This document shows, piece by piece, positions 1 to 8,505 of a stretch of DNA of 64,000 bases (position 1 is its first letter; each line of letters opens with the position of its first letter). The DNA comes from Vicinamibacteria bacterium. Lineage in GTDB: Bacteria; Acidobacteriota; Vicinamibacteria; Marinacidobacterales; SMYC01. The translations under genes and the position numbers were made by a program. Under the pieces are notes generated by a model that ran no database searches, was not told the origin of the DNA, and was given only the letters and a program-made list of their open reading frames with translations. Location of the stretch: assembly GCA_035457705.1 (NCBI GenBank), contig DATIBD010000103.1, forward strand, positions 2,838-66,837, written 5' to 3'.

Positions 1-223
1 CCTGTACTGTTGTGGTGGCGGCTTCGTTTCGGCCCAATGTGTGCTGCCCACCTCTGGCTATGTTATCGTCCGCTCCACCGCGCACGGCTTCACGCCCAGG
101 GCAGGTGCCGCCATCGTGCACTTCGATGCGAACGCGAACCAGCCGACCGAACTGTGGCCGAGCGTGAACGAGAACAGGTGGTGCGGCGAGTTCAGAGTGG
201 CTGCTCCGGCGCAACCACCATAA
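1..223 (+). CDS. 3' end of a gene that begins upstream of the window (partial; product unknown)
   Basis: Frame 2 is open from the window edge to a TAA at 221-223 and encodes ...GFVSAQCVLPTSGYVIVRSTAHGFTPRAGAAIVHFDANANQPTELWPSVNENRWCGEFRVAAPAQPP. No recognisable domain. Confidence 0.3.
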   Translation, partial: LYCCGGGFVSAQCVLPTSGYVIVRSTAHGFTPRAGAAIVHFDANANQPTELWPSVNENRWCGEFRVAAPAQPP

Positions 224-302
224 CAACTGGGGGTATGAGGACTGAGGAGTAGAGGATCCCACACGCCCCCCCGGATTGTTCTCGGGGGTTGAGGTTGATT
301 GA

Positions 303-1052
303 CTAGAAGCTGAAAGAGACCACAACGCCCTTTCTGCCCCGTGTGAATAGGGGCGCGACCGTGAGCTTGTTGTCGCGGTCAGCGGCCACGTAAACTGTTG
401 TGGGCGTCTTACGCATAATGTCGAACAAGACGCCGAGCCCGACGCTAGTCCCACCAACCAGGAGAAAAAAACTGGTGGCCTCCTCATTTGTACAATCCGG
501 ACACCCTGTTAGCGCGATGAGTCCGGCTCCGACGCCCAAACCGATGAGGGCTCCATTCAGAATCGAGTCGTTCCTCGTGACATCGATTCGCATAAGGTCC
601 TCTTCGCTAAAGAGGAACGTCTTGTCGTCGACGCGAATGTGCTTTTCGTCGAGATCCTTGATCTTCCCCTCGTAAGCGTTCCCTCTCAACGTCCGTACGC
701 TTACCTTGTGTCCGAGACCAAGGATTTGGGGTAGATCTCGACTCGAGGTCGTGTGGTGCACCTCCGCGCCGTTCAGTTCCACAACATCGCTGTAGGCGAT
801 CCATCGCTGGTACGAGCTGGCGCCCAAAAGTTCCCGTGCCGCATCGCCCTCGATACGCAGTTCGAACTTCTCATCTCCTGTTCCCAAGAGCGTGCCCCTC
901 AAAACGTCTCCATCGCTCAACTTGACTTGAATCTCTGAACCCTCCGGAGTGACGAAGATCCGAGCCTTTGTCTGGTCGGGCTCCAGAATCTGAGCGAAGG
1001 CCGACGCGGCGGCGAGCAGTATCGTGAGCAGCAACGCCGTCGTGCGTAGCAT
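303..1052 (-). CDS. hypothetical secreted/membrane-associated protein
   Basis: Internal Met gives a cleavable-looking signal peptide MLRTTALLLTILLAAASAFAQ. Gly-zipper-like hydrophobic segment GALIGLGVGAGLIALTG; C-terminal ...VVVSFSF. No catalytic motif recognised. Confidence 0.55.
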   Translation of the reverse strand: MLRTTALLLTILLAAASAFAQILEPDQTKARIFVTPEGSEIQVKLSDGDVLRGTLLGTGDEKFELRIEGDAARELLGASSYQRWIAYSDVVELNGAEVHHTTSSRDLPQILGLGHKVSVRTLRGNAYEGKIKDLDEKHIRVDDKTFLFSEEDLMRIDVTRNDSILNGALIGLGVGAGLIALTGCPDCTNEEATSFFLLVGGTSVGLGVLFDIMRKTPTTVYVAADRDNKLTVAPLFTRGRKGVVVSFSF

Positions 1053-1299
1053 CAGTGACCTCCAGTCTCGGCTATCGAATAGCCATGGTGTTCCGCCTCG
1101 TCGTGACGCCAATCACAAACGCAGAAACCGATGCGCCAGGGTCAATGTAGACGGAAGCCCCGTTCATCTCGTCATGGCGTCTTCCATCGAAACGTTTCAT
1201 CCCGGCCACCAGCAGAGACTGACCGTCGCTGCGCCGCTTGAGTGCGACCCATATGCTCCTACCCTCTCAAAAAGGGGGGGCCTATATGTCTCCGGATTT

Positions 1300-1374
1300 A
1301 GGGGTCCCAAGGTCCCAGTCTCACCTAAGTACCATAGGTACAGTAACTTCCTCTGGGACCCCTTTTGGGACCCA
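1300..1374. other. nested inverted-repeat (stem-loop) element in an intergenic region
   Basis: GGGGTCCCAAGGTCCCAG (1301-1318) is nearly the reverse complement of CTGGGACCCCTTTTGGGACCC (1353-1373). Between them lies a second perfect palindrome GTACCATAGGTAC (1329-1341). Non-coding region between two minus-strand genes. Confidence 0.3.
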
Positions 1375-1701
1375 CCCAGTCCCAGTGGTCCCACCTGGGG
1401 GGCCTCTCCCTTGGGTCGGACGCCCTACTCGGGGAAGTTCATCCGACGGAGGATGGTTGTGAAATACCGGCCGGTAACAGCACATTCACCGCGGGTGGCA
1501 ATTACACAGCCGACGGTTGCGTGACGAGCCCTCAGATGCCTTCACCTCCCGAGATTTCCTGGGAGCTTCGACTGACGAGCGCGCTCCGGTCCCCGCGGCA
1601 GGGAGATCTTCGTCGGCCCGAGTTCCGACTTCGGCTGGAGGGCCGTCGAGCGTAGGGTCCTTCCTCAAACGTCGCGCAGTCCGCTGAAGCGATGGCTGCT
1701 T

Positions 1702-2247
1702 CTATTCGATTCGCCGAAGTGTCATCGTTGTTGCGGCTACGTCGGGTGGGGAGGCTCCATCGGCAGACACGATGCTCATCGTCGTCAGAGTGAGCACGTC
1801 GCCGTCGATCTTATAACCCATGGTGGTGTTGCCGCCGACGAACTCGGGACTCTTGGCAATCATCGGCCTCATGGTCACGCTCGCATCACTCGTCTCGTAG
1901 GTGCCGGTGTTTACGATGATCGAGTCGTACTGGGCGGCCTTCTCGTCCCGGCTCGGACTAAAGGGTGTCTTCGAGTGCGGGCGCCTTTCGTCTTCGACCG
2001 AATAGACTGCGCTGTAGTGCCGGTCAGTGAAAATGAATAACCCGGGCTGCGAGGCATCGCCTCCATCGGGACCTTTGGTGACCGACCAAACACCCGCGAG
2101 GGGATGCCCGGCCCCGCCCTGAGCCCGACCGAAGGACGCCATGTTAGTGACAACGGCGAGCGCAGTCGCAAAGGGCAGGAGCACCCACGCGCGTCTAGTC
2201 GCTTTGAGCCGTTTCCATCCCTTGGGCTCGGAGCAGTCGTTAAACAT
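1702..2247 (-). CDS. hypothetical secreted protein (possibly lipocalin-like fold)
   Basis: GGAGG lies 6 nt upstream of the ATG at 2247. N-terminal hydrophobic signal-like region WVLLPFATALAVVTNMASFG. No enzymatic motif recognised. Confidence 0.55.
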   Translation of the reverse strand: MFNDCSEPKGWKRLKATRRAWVLLPFATALAVVTNMASFGRAQGGAGHPLAGVWSVTKGPDGGDASQPGLFIFTDRHYSAVYSVEDERRPHSKTPFSPSRDEKAAQYDSIIVNTGTYETSDASVTMRPMIAKSPEFVGGNTTMGYKIDGDVLTLTTMSIVSADGASPPDVAATTMTLRRIE

Positions 2248-2334
2248 GCGGCACCTCCTTTCGCTTCAATCCAACGCAATGACCTATGAAGCGCGGGCGG
2301 CATTCTATTTGTCATCGCTGGGACGGGTCAACGC

Positions 2335-3000
2335 TCACCCTCCCTGGCTTCCTCCCACAAATGCGAGGAGATTTTCGTCTTCGATGGCGGAAATGTGGTC
2401 GAGCCCCCAGTCGAACCCTATTGACCATGGGGAACTCCCGTCGTCGATATCGATGAGCTGCGGCAATGCGAATTCGATTCCACTGTGCGGCAACACGGCG
2501 GCGAGCCGACCTCTCCCCCTGCGGAACAATTTCGCCAGACCAAAGTCCAGGATCTTGACGTAGCCGTCCTCACTGATGACGATGTTCTCGGGTTTGAGGT
2601 CTCGGTGAACAATGCCGGCCTGATGCGCCTTCGCCAAGCCCTCGGCCATCTGGGTCGCATTTCGGATGACCCTCTCATTGGGAAGAGGGCCGTCGGTGAG
2701 AATCTACCGCAGCGTCCTGCCCTCGACATACTCCATCGCGATGTAGGGCGTGCCCTCGTGCTCTCCGATCTCGTAGATGGTGATGATGTTCGGGTGGTTC
2801 AAGGCCGAGGCAGCTCTGGCTTCCTGCCCGAATCGACGCAGGCGCTGGGAGTCCGAGGCCATCTCCGGGGCAAGACCTTGATGAACGACTTCACGTCCCA
2901 GCTTGAGGTCCTTCGCTTTGTACACCTCACCCATCCCGCCAGAGCCCAGCTCGGAGAGGACCTCGGAGTTGCCGAGGCGGGTTCCGGGTTGGAGGGGCAT
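2335..3000 (-). pseudogene. Ser/Thr protein kinase remnant (Hanks-type), interrupted by an in-frame TAG and truncated in the C-lobe
   Basis: Gly-rich loop [14 protein letters not shown]; ...[10 protein letters not shown]-[TAG at 2704-2706][41 protein letters not shown]...DFGLAK, all in a single frame. The activation segment is degenerate, and the ORF ends about 100 aa short of a full kinase domain where it abuts the next gene. Confidence 0.5.
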
Positions 3001-3284
3001 TTCTATTGGGCCGTCGGTACCAGGTGCACTAGCTCGGTCGACCAGGCTCGAAAAACTGCGAGGTCGACGAGCGCGGCTTGCTGCGTGCTCACGTTCTCGG
3101 CGCCGCTCAAGTCGTCGAGCAGAGCGTCGCAGAACCGCTCCACGGCCTTCCACGCTGCAGAGCGCTTGTCGATCGCATCGAAACTCTACGCCAGTACGGC
3201 CTTCATAACACGGTGACCCATCGCCAGGAGCCAGAGCGGCAAACTTATCCTTCGCACGATAGATCAAGCGTGCCTACCCGTTTA

Positions 3285-3530
3285 CTACGCGTGAATAGAC
3301 TTGACTAGATCTAAACTCCGACGGTCGATCAATTCATCCGAGGCGTAACGATGAAGGATGCTCCCAATCAAGGTCTGATACGGAACCCCCAACCGTTCAG
3401 CTTCTGTCTTGATCGCAGCCAATACCGATCCATCCAGTCGAATCGAGACTGGTACCTTCGCCGCGTCTTTCTCGATCTTGACCTTTCCCGGCCTCTTCTT
3501 CAGTTTCTTGAGATCATATTCCTTCTTCAT
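3285..3530 (-). CDS. brnA: BrnA-family antitoxin (ribbon-helix-helix/CopG-like)
   Basis: MKKEYDLKKLKKRPGKVKIEKDAAKVPVSIRLDGSVLAAIKTEAERLGVPYQTLIGSILHRYA matches the M-K-x-EYDFSK... BrnA start pattern. GAGG lies 8 nt upstream of the ATG at 3530. Confidence 0.7.
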   Translation of the reverse strand: MKKEYDLKKLKKRPGKVKIEKDAAKVPVSIRLDGSVLAAIKTEAERLGVPYQTLIGSILHRYASDELIDRRSLDLVKSIHA

Positions 3531-3794
3531 GTTGCCGCCTCTCGCTCTTCGTAGCCCGCCGCGCTGAATCAAACGGAGAACGTCCCCGTCCGATCGCTCA
3601 CAAAAGACCACTAGCAGCAAGCGGTGCACGCTAGAGTATCCGACTCGGATGAACGGAGCCTCCAAGCTACTGCGCTCCGGATCAAAGAATTCGGAACTCG
3701 ATTCGCCGGCCCATATAGTCTGGGCCTCTTCAAACCAAATTCCGTGTTTGCGGAAATTCGAGAGGTTCTTATCTTCGTCCCACTCAAATTCCAT
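3514..3794 (-). pseudogene. brnT: BrnT-family (DUF497) toxin with a 1-nt frameshift near its 3' end, which fuses it in frame to brnA
   Basis: MEFEWDEDKNLSNFRKHGIWFEEAQTIW...HRLLLVVFCERSDGDVLRL is the BrnT signature (WDxxKxxxNxxKHGI). After ...VLRL the canonical C-terminus ISARRATKSERRQHEEGI* is readable only in the +1 frame; one T missing from ...CGTTTGATT(T)CAG... would restore it. As written the toxin reads through into BrnA with no stop. Confidence 0.5.
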
Positions 3795-3965
3795 CTCAAA
3801 CGATTGTATTGTAAAGTATATACAATATTTATAAAGCGACTCTGCAAATAAACAACCAACATTCGTCGCTGTGCGGGGACCTTGGATGCGCTCCACGTGC
3901 ATATGGGCGGAGAATAGACGGTGACCGCTTTGGCTGGAAGGTTCAAAAGCCCGGGAGGTATCGTC

Positions 3966-5492
3966 ATGCCGTGCGCAATACTTCACGCGAGCCTGCTCTT
4001 CGTCGCACTAGCCACCAGCGAGGCACGTTCGCAAGCCGTCTCCGGTCGGGATGGTCTGGAGGCTGGCGAGTATTCGGTGGGATTCCAGCTGATCGAAGAG
4101 CAGGATCATTCGAGGACGGTCACAGGCGGAGTCTCACCGTCGCGGCCGCATCCGCGCCCGATACGAACCTACCTCTGGTATCCGGCAAGAAACTCGAACG
4201 ACGCCCGACCGATGCGATTCGGCGACTACGCGGCTCTGGCAGATGACGACATCTGGCCTTCAGAGATCGTGGGACCGATGCGCGGCAAGCTCAAATTCGC
4301 GCGTTGGCTGCTCGCGCGTCGATTGGGCCCCGCAGGCTTCGATGCGTTACTGCGACAACCCGTCCTCGCAATCGAGAACGCCGAAGCCTTGGAGGGCCCG
4401 TTCCCGCTCATCGTGATCGGCCAGGGGCTCTATTTCGAGTTTCCTGTGTCGTTTGCGGCATTGGCCGAGTACCTCGCCGGACGAGGCTTCGTCGTGGCGA
4501 CCTGCCCGCTGGTCGGAACCAACTCTCCTTTTGTAAGAATCGATGCTCTCGATCTCGAGACTCAAGTTCGAGATCTAGAATTCGTCATCGCCCGAGTCCG
4601 TCGAATGTCGTTTGTCAGTCCCGAGAGACTCGGAGTCTTCGGCTTCGATATGGGCGGGATGGCCGGGTTGATACTGACCATGCGCAACTCCGACGTGGAC
4701 GCTTTCGTGAGTGTGAGCTCGGGCATCATTTATCAGCACCCATCAGGTCTTCCAGGCGCCTCGTCCAGCTACGACCCGTTGGCGCTGCGGGCTCCCTGGC
4801 TTCACAGCATGGCGGCATCGTGGATGGAGCAGCCGCCTGATTCCCAGTCCAAATCTCTTTTCGAGACCGCGGTTCACGCGGAACGATTTCTGCTACTGAC
4901 GGAAGGGATGGACCATTTCGATTATACGAGTCTCGCCCTGATCGAGGGGCCGTGGAACGCTTCCGATCGTGACGGCATCGAAGGTTACAAAGCCGTCAGC
5001 CGGTACATCTACAACTTCTTTGCCGCGTTCCTGGCTCAGGATCCAAGGAGCCGGGGATTTATTGCTCAGAGTCCGCAGGAGTCCGATCCCGGCTCGAGCA
5101 TGACCCTAGAGCATCGACCCGCGGCACCAGCGTCCATCAGCTATGAGGAATTCGTGCAAGCCGTGGTCGCCGGCCAGGCTGACCAAGCCATCGATGAGCT
5201 CCGCAAACTGAGGGAAACGAACCCCGACCACATTCTCTTGGACGATGAATACCTGCGTCGGCTCGTTTCGACTGTGCGCACCAGTTGGGGTCTCACCGAA
5301 GAGGCGATGCCCGTGATCAAGCTCAGGGCGGAGCTGTACCCCACATCGGTCGACGCTCAGCAGATGCTCGCCGAAGGCTACATCGACGCCGGGGATTTTC
5401 GAGCCGCTATCGAGACCTACAGTGCGCTCTTGGAGAAAAATCCCGACGATAGCCGCATCAAGTCCCGACTGGAGTGGCTGCGCAACCAGTAA
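3966..5492 (+). CDS. secreted alpha/beta-hydrolase-fold protein with a C-terminal TPR-like domain
   Basis: GGAGG lies 8 nt upstream of the ATG at 3966. Signal peptide MPCAILHASLLFVALATSEA. Nucleophile-elbow-like GFDMGGMAG (Sm-x-Nu-x-Sm with Asp rather than Ser). C-terminal helical repeats (...LAEGYIDAGDFRAAIETYSALLEKNPDD...). Confidence 0.6.
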   Translation: MPCAILHASLLFVALATSEARSQAVSGRDGLEAGEYSVGFQLIEEQDHSRTVTGGVSPSRPHPRPIRTYLWYPARNSNDARPMRFGDYAALADDDIWPSEIVGPMRGKLKFARWLLARRLGPAGFDALLRQPVLAIENAEALEGPFPLIVIGQGLYFEFPVSFAALAEYLAGRGFVVATCPLVGTNSPFVRIDALDLETQVRDLEFVIARVRRMSFVSPERLGVFGFDMGGMAGLILTMRNSDVDAFVSVSSGIIYQHPSGLPGASSSYDPLALRAPWLHSMAASWMEQPPDSQSKSLFETAVHAERFLLLTEGMDHFDYTSLALIEGPWNASDRDGIEGYKAVSRYIYNFFAAFLAQDPRSRGFIAQSPQESDPGSSMTLEHRPAAPASISYEEFVQAVVAGQADQAIDELRKLRETNPDHILLDDEYLRRLVSTVRTSWGLTEEAMPVIKLRAELYPTSVDAQQMLAEGYIDAGDFRAAIETYSALLEKNPDDSRIKSRLEWLRNQ

Positions 5493-5604
5493 TCAGCGTG
5501 AGTGACCGTACGAGTCTCCCAGCGGTTTCTCACCGTGATCGATGGGTCGTCTGAAGAACGGGCTCTGCAAACAGAGGTGATTGCAAAATCGCAGAGGAAC
5601 CCCC

Positions 5605-6200
5605 TAAGGTGGCGCGCCGAGGATTTCCGGAAGTCCAGTGGCGCGCTCTCCGAAGATTCTCGCTCGGAGAACCTTCGCGAGTCGGCCCGATACGGCTCGG
5701 TTGTCCTTCACGCCACGCGTGCGTCAATAGCCCTCGACCGCATTAGCGGGGTCGCTCTCGAGTCAAGTGCCTGCCGGGAAGCTCCCGACGACTGTGGCGT
5801 CTACGTCACCGTTCGCGATGCGAGAACTCGAACTGATTCTGGAAGAACGTCGGGCTCTTGCGAGTCCGCAGCTCCATCTCGATGACCTCGTCCGGCATGA
5901 ACCTGCCTTGATGCGTTCGCGAACTGCTTCCGGCCACGCCGCCCTGACACGAAGCAGAACTCCGTCACCGTGAACCGCGTTATCCAGTCATTCGACACGT
6001 TGCGCAGCCGCACCATGCTGACCACCTGGTCGCCAGTGACCTTCGTCTCGGGAGCGAGATTCTGGACCCGGTGAAGGCCCCCCTCAACTCCCGAGGCATG
6101 CGCTTCGGCGCCTCGGCAGCCTCGGCGGCTGGTGCACTCTCGGGGACCTTGGCGGGCTCGGTAGCGGCGGCTCATGCACCGCGGCCGGTTCACGCGATCT
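5605..6200. repeat. direct repeat copy A: degenerate duplicate of the 3' end of gene 7166-8347 plus its downstream sequence
   Basis: About 85% identical by eye to 7095-7650, e.g. CTCCCGACGAC(T/G)GTGGCGTCTACGTCACCGTTCGCG...GAACTCGAACTGATTCTGGAAGAACGTCGGGCTCTTGCGAGTCCGCAGCTCCATCTCGATGA. Its reading frame is broken. Confidence 0.65.
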
Positions 6201-6249
6201 CGCAGACGCCGCTGCCGCAGGCTTGGCCCCTTCGGCCGTCCCCAATTAG

Positions 6250-6280
6250 CCATAAATCCATTTTTATGGTATTATGGCAC
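6250..6280 (+). promoter_or_regulatory. AT-rich promoter/operator upstream of vapB (palindrome CCATAAA-N7-TTTATGG)
   Basis: CCATAAATCCATTTTTATGGTATTATGGCACATG is a short AT-rich island in a GC-rich genome. It contains an inverted repeat and a TATTAT -10-like hexamer immediately 5' of the vapB ATG. Confidence 0.4.
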
Positions 6281-6544
6281 ATGAAAACGACGCTGGAGCT
6301 CCCCGACGATCTGATGCGAGCCATCAAGCTTCGCGCCGTGAAACAGAACCTGAAGCTCAAGGACGCGATTGCCGACCTGTTGAGACAAGGTCTAGCGCGG
6401 GCGGATCGGAAGCCGACGTCGGTGCGCAAGCGCGTCGAACTCCCGTTAGTTCTTTGCGCTCGCGAGGCTCATCCCGCGGAAGAGATAACCCCTGAACGCG
6501 CGGCCGAGATACTGCTCGCAGACGACGGCCGCGACGCGAGATGA
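6281..6544 (+). CDS. vapB: VapB-family antitoxin (partner of the PIN toxin)
   Basis: MKTTLELPDDLMRAIKLRAVKQNLKLKDAIADLLRQGL... has the typical VapB/phd-like N-terminus. ATGA start/stop overlap with the downstream PIN gene. Confidence 0.8.
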   Translation: MKTTLELPDDLMRAIKLRAVKQNLKLKDAIADLLRQGLARADRKPTSVRKRVELPLVLCAREAHPAEEITPERAAEILLADDGRDAR

Positions 6545-7020
6545 ATCTTTGCGATAGCAACGTCTGGTTGGCTCTCACCCTCTCCAAACACGTTCATCAC
6601 GGAGCGACCCGCACGTGGTTGGAGGATGTAGACGAGGCCGAATCCGTTTGCTTTGTTCGGGCTACCCAACAAACCCTTCTGCGCCTGCTGACGAATGCGT
6701 CCGTGCTCGAGCCGTATGGGAATCCGCCGTTGACGAACCGTGAAGCCTGGGGCATTTACGATGCGTTTCTCGGCGATGACCGCATCGTCCTGCAGGAGGA
6801 GGAACCTGCGGGCCTCGAGATCCTGTGGAAGAAATTTGCGCTCCGTGATTCGGCCTCGCCCAAGATCTGGATGGACTCATACCTCGCTGCATTCGCTCTT
6901 GCGGGCGGTTATTGCATGGTGACGACGGACGCCGGCTTCAAACAGTACCGAGGGCTGAATCTGGAGCTTCTTGGAGCTTCGGATCTCGACAGTGATTCGA
7001 GCCCCCGGTTACCCCGCTGA
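6541..7020 (+). CDS. vapC: VapC-family PIN-domain ribonuclease toxin
   Basis: MNLCDSNVWLAL...(D)...ILWKKFA...DSYLAAFALAGGYCMVTTDAGF gives the PIN acidic-residue pattern (DSNVW, TTD). Its 3' tail runs into repeat copy B. Confidence 0.8.
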   Translation: MNLCDSNVWLALTLSKHVHHGATRTWLEDVDEAESVCFVRATQQTLLRLLTNASVLEPYGNPPLTNREAWGIYDAFLGDDRIVLQEEEPAGLEILWKKFALRDSASPKIWMDSYLAAFALAGGYCMVTTDAGFKQYRGLNLELLGASDLDSDSSPRLPR

Positions 7021-7094
7021 TGGAATGGTGGTCCGAAGAGTCGGGTCCTTTTTGCAGACGAATGGTCGTTACAAATTCGCAGAAGAAGGCTCCG

Positions 7095-7650
7095 CGGTGG
7101 CGCGCCGCGGATTTCGAAAGTCCAGCGGCGCGCCCCAAATAAGATTCCTGCTCGGAACCTCGTTCTCAAGTGCCAGCCGGGAAACTCCCGACGACGGTGG
7201 CGTCTACGTCACCGTTCGCGTGCGAGAACTCGAACTGATTCTGGAAGAACGTCGGGCTCTTGCGAGTCCGCAGCTCCATCTCGATGATCTCGTCCGGCAT
7301 GAACCTGCCCTGATGCGTTCGTGAGCTGCTACCGGCCACACCACCTTGCTGGTCGTACCAGAACTCCGTCACCGTGAACCGTGTTATCCAGTCCTTCGAC
7401 ACATTGCGCGCTCTGACCTTGCTGACGACGTCTTCGCCAGTGACGTTCGTCTCAGGAGCGAGAATCTGGACGCGGGCAAGGCCCCTCAACTCCCGAGGCA
7501 TGTGCTTTGCCTCCTGGGCAGGCTCGCCGGCGGCTGCACTTTCGGCGACCTCGACGGGTGCTGCAGTAGCGGCGGCCGGCTCCGGAGCGGCTTTGGGCTC
7601 CGACGTGGCCTCATGATGCGCCGCGGCCGGTTCGCGCGTTCTGGCTGGCG
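7095..7650. repeat. direct repeat copy B (intact; overlaps the 3' half of lipoprotein gene 7166-8347)
   Basis: Partner of 5605-6200; see that entry. Confidence 0.65.
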
Positions 7651-8347
7651 CCGCTGCGGCCCGGGCCTCCTCGGTCGTTCCCTCGATGTCCGCGATGATC
7701 CAGCGTGCAGGCTCGGTGCGACCGCTCCCCGGTTCCGAGAGGTCGTACTTCCGAAGCGTCACTTTGTAGGGCAGCTCGCCGTGGCCCTTGGGTTTCAAAC
7801 TGACGAGCATTTCCGTCACTGCGACGTTTCCTTCGAGGCTCCCCACGCTCAGCTGGCGCATCACCGACTTGTTGGCGAGGCTGGATTCTCTGTCCACCGT
7901 CCTTTTGAGCTCCTGAAACGTCGTTTCCTTCTCGTTGCGCTCGTCGAGCAGCCGTAACCACTCTTCCTGAACCTCACCGAGCTTTCCACGGAACTTGTAG
8001 TTTGGATCGTTTTGCTGCTTCGGGATGATTTGTTCGAGGGCATCCTGGTTGTCCTCGAAGTATTTCTTGCGTTTCGCCAAAATAGCGTCTCGTTCCGTTT
8101 CAGCGACTTTGAACCGCTCGAGAAGCTCCGGCAACGCGAACGGCTGCGAGGTCTGAGAGCTCACCTCGACGACCTTCCACGACTCGATCTCCCCGGGTGG
8201 GCCGACGGCCGCCATGGCAGCAAGCGTCGATTGGTCATTACTCTGCGCAGCACGGAAGAACTGGTCTATGGTCGCTTGCTCCGGGCTGCCGCAGGCCCAG
8301 AGGGACACCAGGGTCGCAATCACGATCCATTCTCCGAGCTTCGTCAT
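7166..8347 (-). CDS. hypothetical lipoprotein (Ala/Pro/Glu-rich linker; C-terminal domain is the one duplicated in repeat A)
   Basis: Internal start MTKLGEWIVIATLVSLWACGSPEQ carries a lipobox L-W-A-C. A low-complexity AAAPEPAAATAAP linker precedes a C-terminal ...ITRFTVTEFWYDQQ... domain. Confidence 0.55.
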   Translation of the reverse strand: MTKLGEWIVIATLVSLWACGSPEQATIDQFFRAAQSNDQSTLAAMAAVGPPGEIESWKVVEVSSQTSQPFALPELLERFKVAETERDAILAKRKKYFEDNQDALEQIIPKQQNDPNYKFRGKLGEVQEEWLRLLDERNEKETTFQELKRTVDRESSLANKSVMRQLSVGSLEGNVAVTEMLVSLKPKGHGELPYKVTLRKYDLSEPGSGRTEPARWIIADIEGTTEEARAAAAPARTREPAAAHHEATSEPKAAPEPAAATAAPVEVAESAAAGEPAQEAKHMPRELRGLARVQILAPETNVTGEDVVSKVRARNVSKDWITRFTVTEFWYDQQGGVAGSSSRTHQGRFMPDEIIEMELRTRKSPTFFQNQFEFSHANGDVDATVVGSFPAGT

Positions 8348-8505
8348 TTGATCCTCCTTTCCGACAAAGAGGCACTCCTTATACACCTTTGGGCGCGGCA
8401 CTGCCAATGGTTCTCGAAGGGCAATGTCCGCCCTCGTCAAACGCCAGGAAGGCCCGATCCAAAAGGCCCAGCTAGAGGGGGAATCCGAGTGCTACGCCGG
8501 AGGAG

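Noticed and set aside
1024-1524. 166-aa plus-strand ORF in the 1.1-1.7 kb gap
   Set aside because: No RBS, no motif, Pro/Ser/Arg-rich, and it overlaps the structured inverted-repeat element, so the region is more likely non-coding. It is kept as a finding for its RNA-like structure, not as a CDS.
3921-3965. GTG at 3921 as the start of the alpha/beta hydrolase (track ORF start)
   Set aside because: The ATG at 3966 has a GGAGG RBS at the correct spacing and gives a proper signal peptide. The upstream 15 codons overlap brnT.
5605-7650. The repeats flanking vapBC as IS-element or transposon terminal repeats
   Set aside because: They are direct, not inverted. They derive from a host gene's 3' end and enclose no transposase or integrase, so they were called a duplication/recombination product instead.
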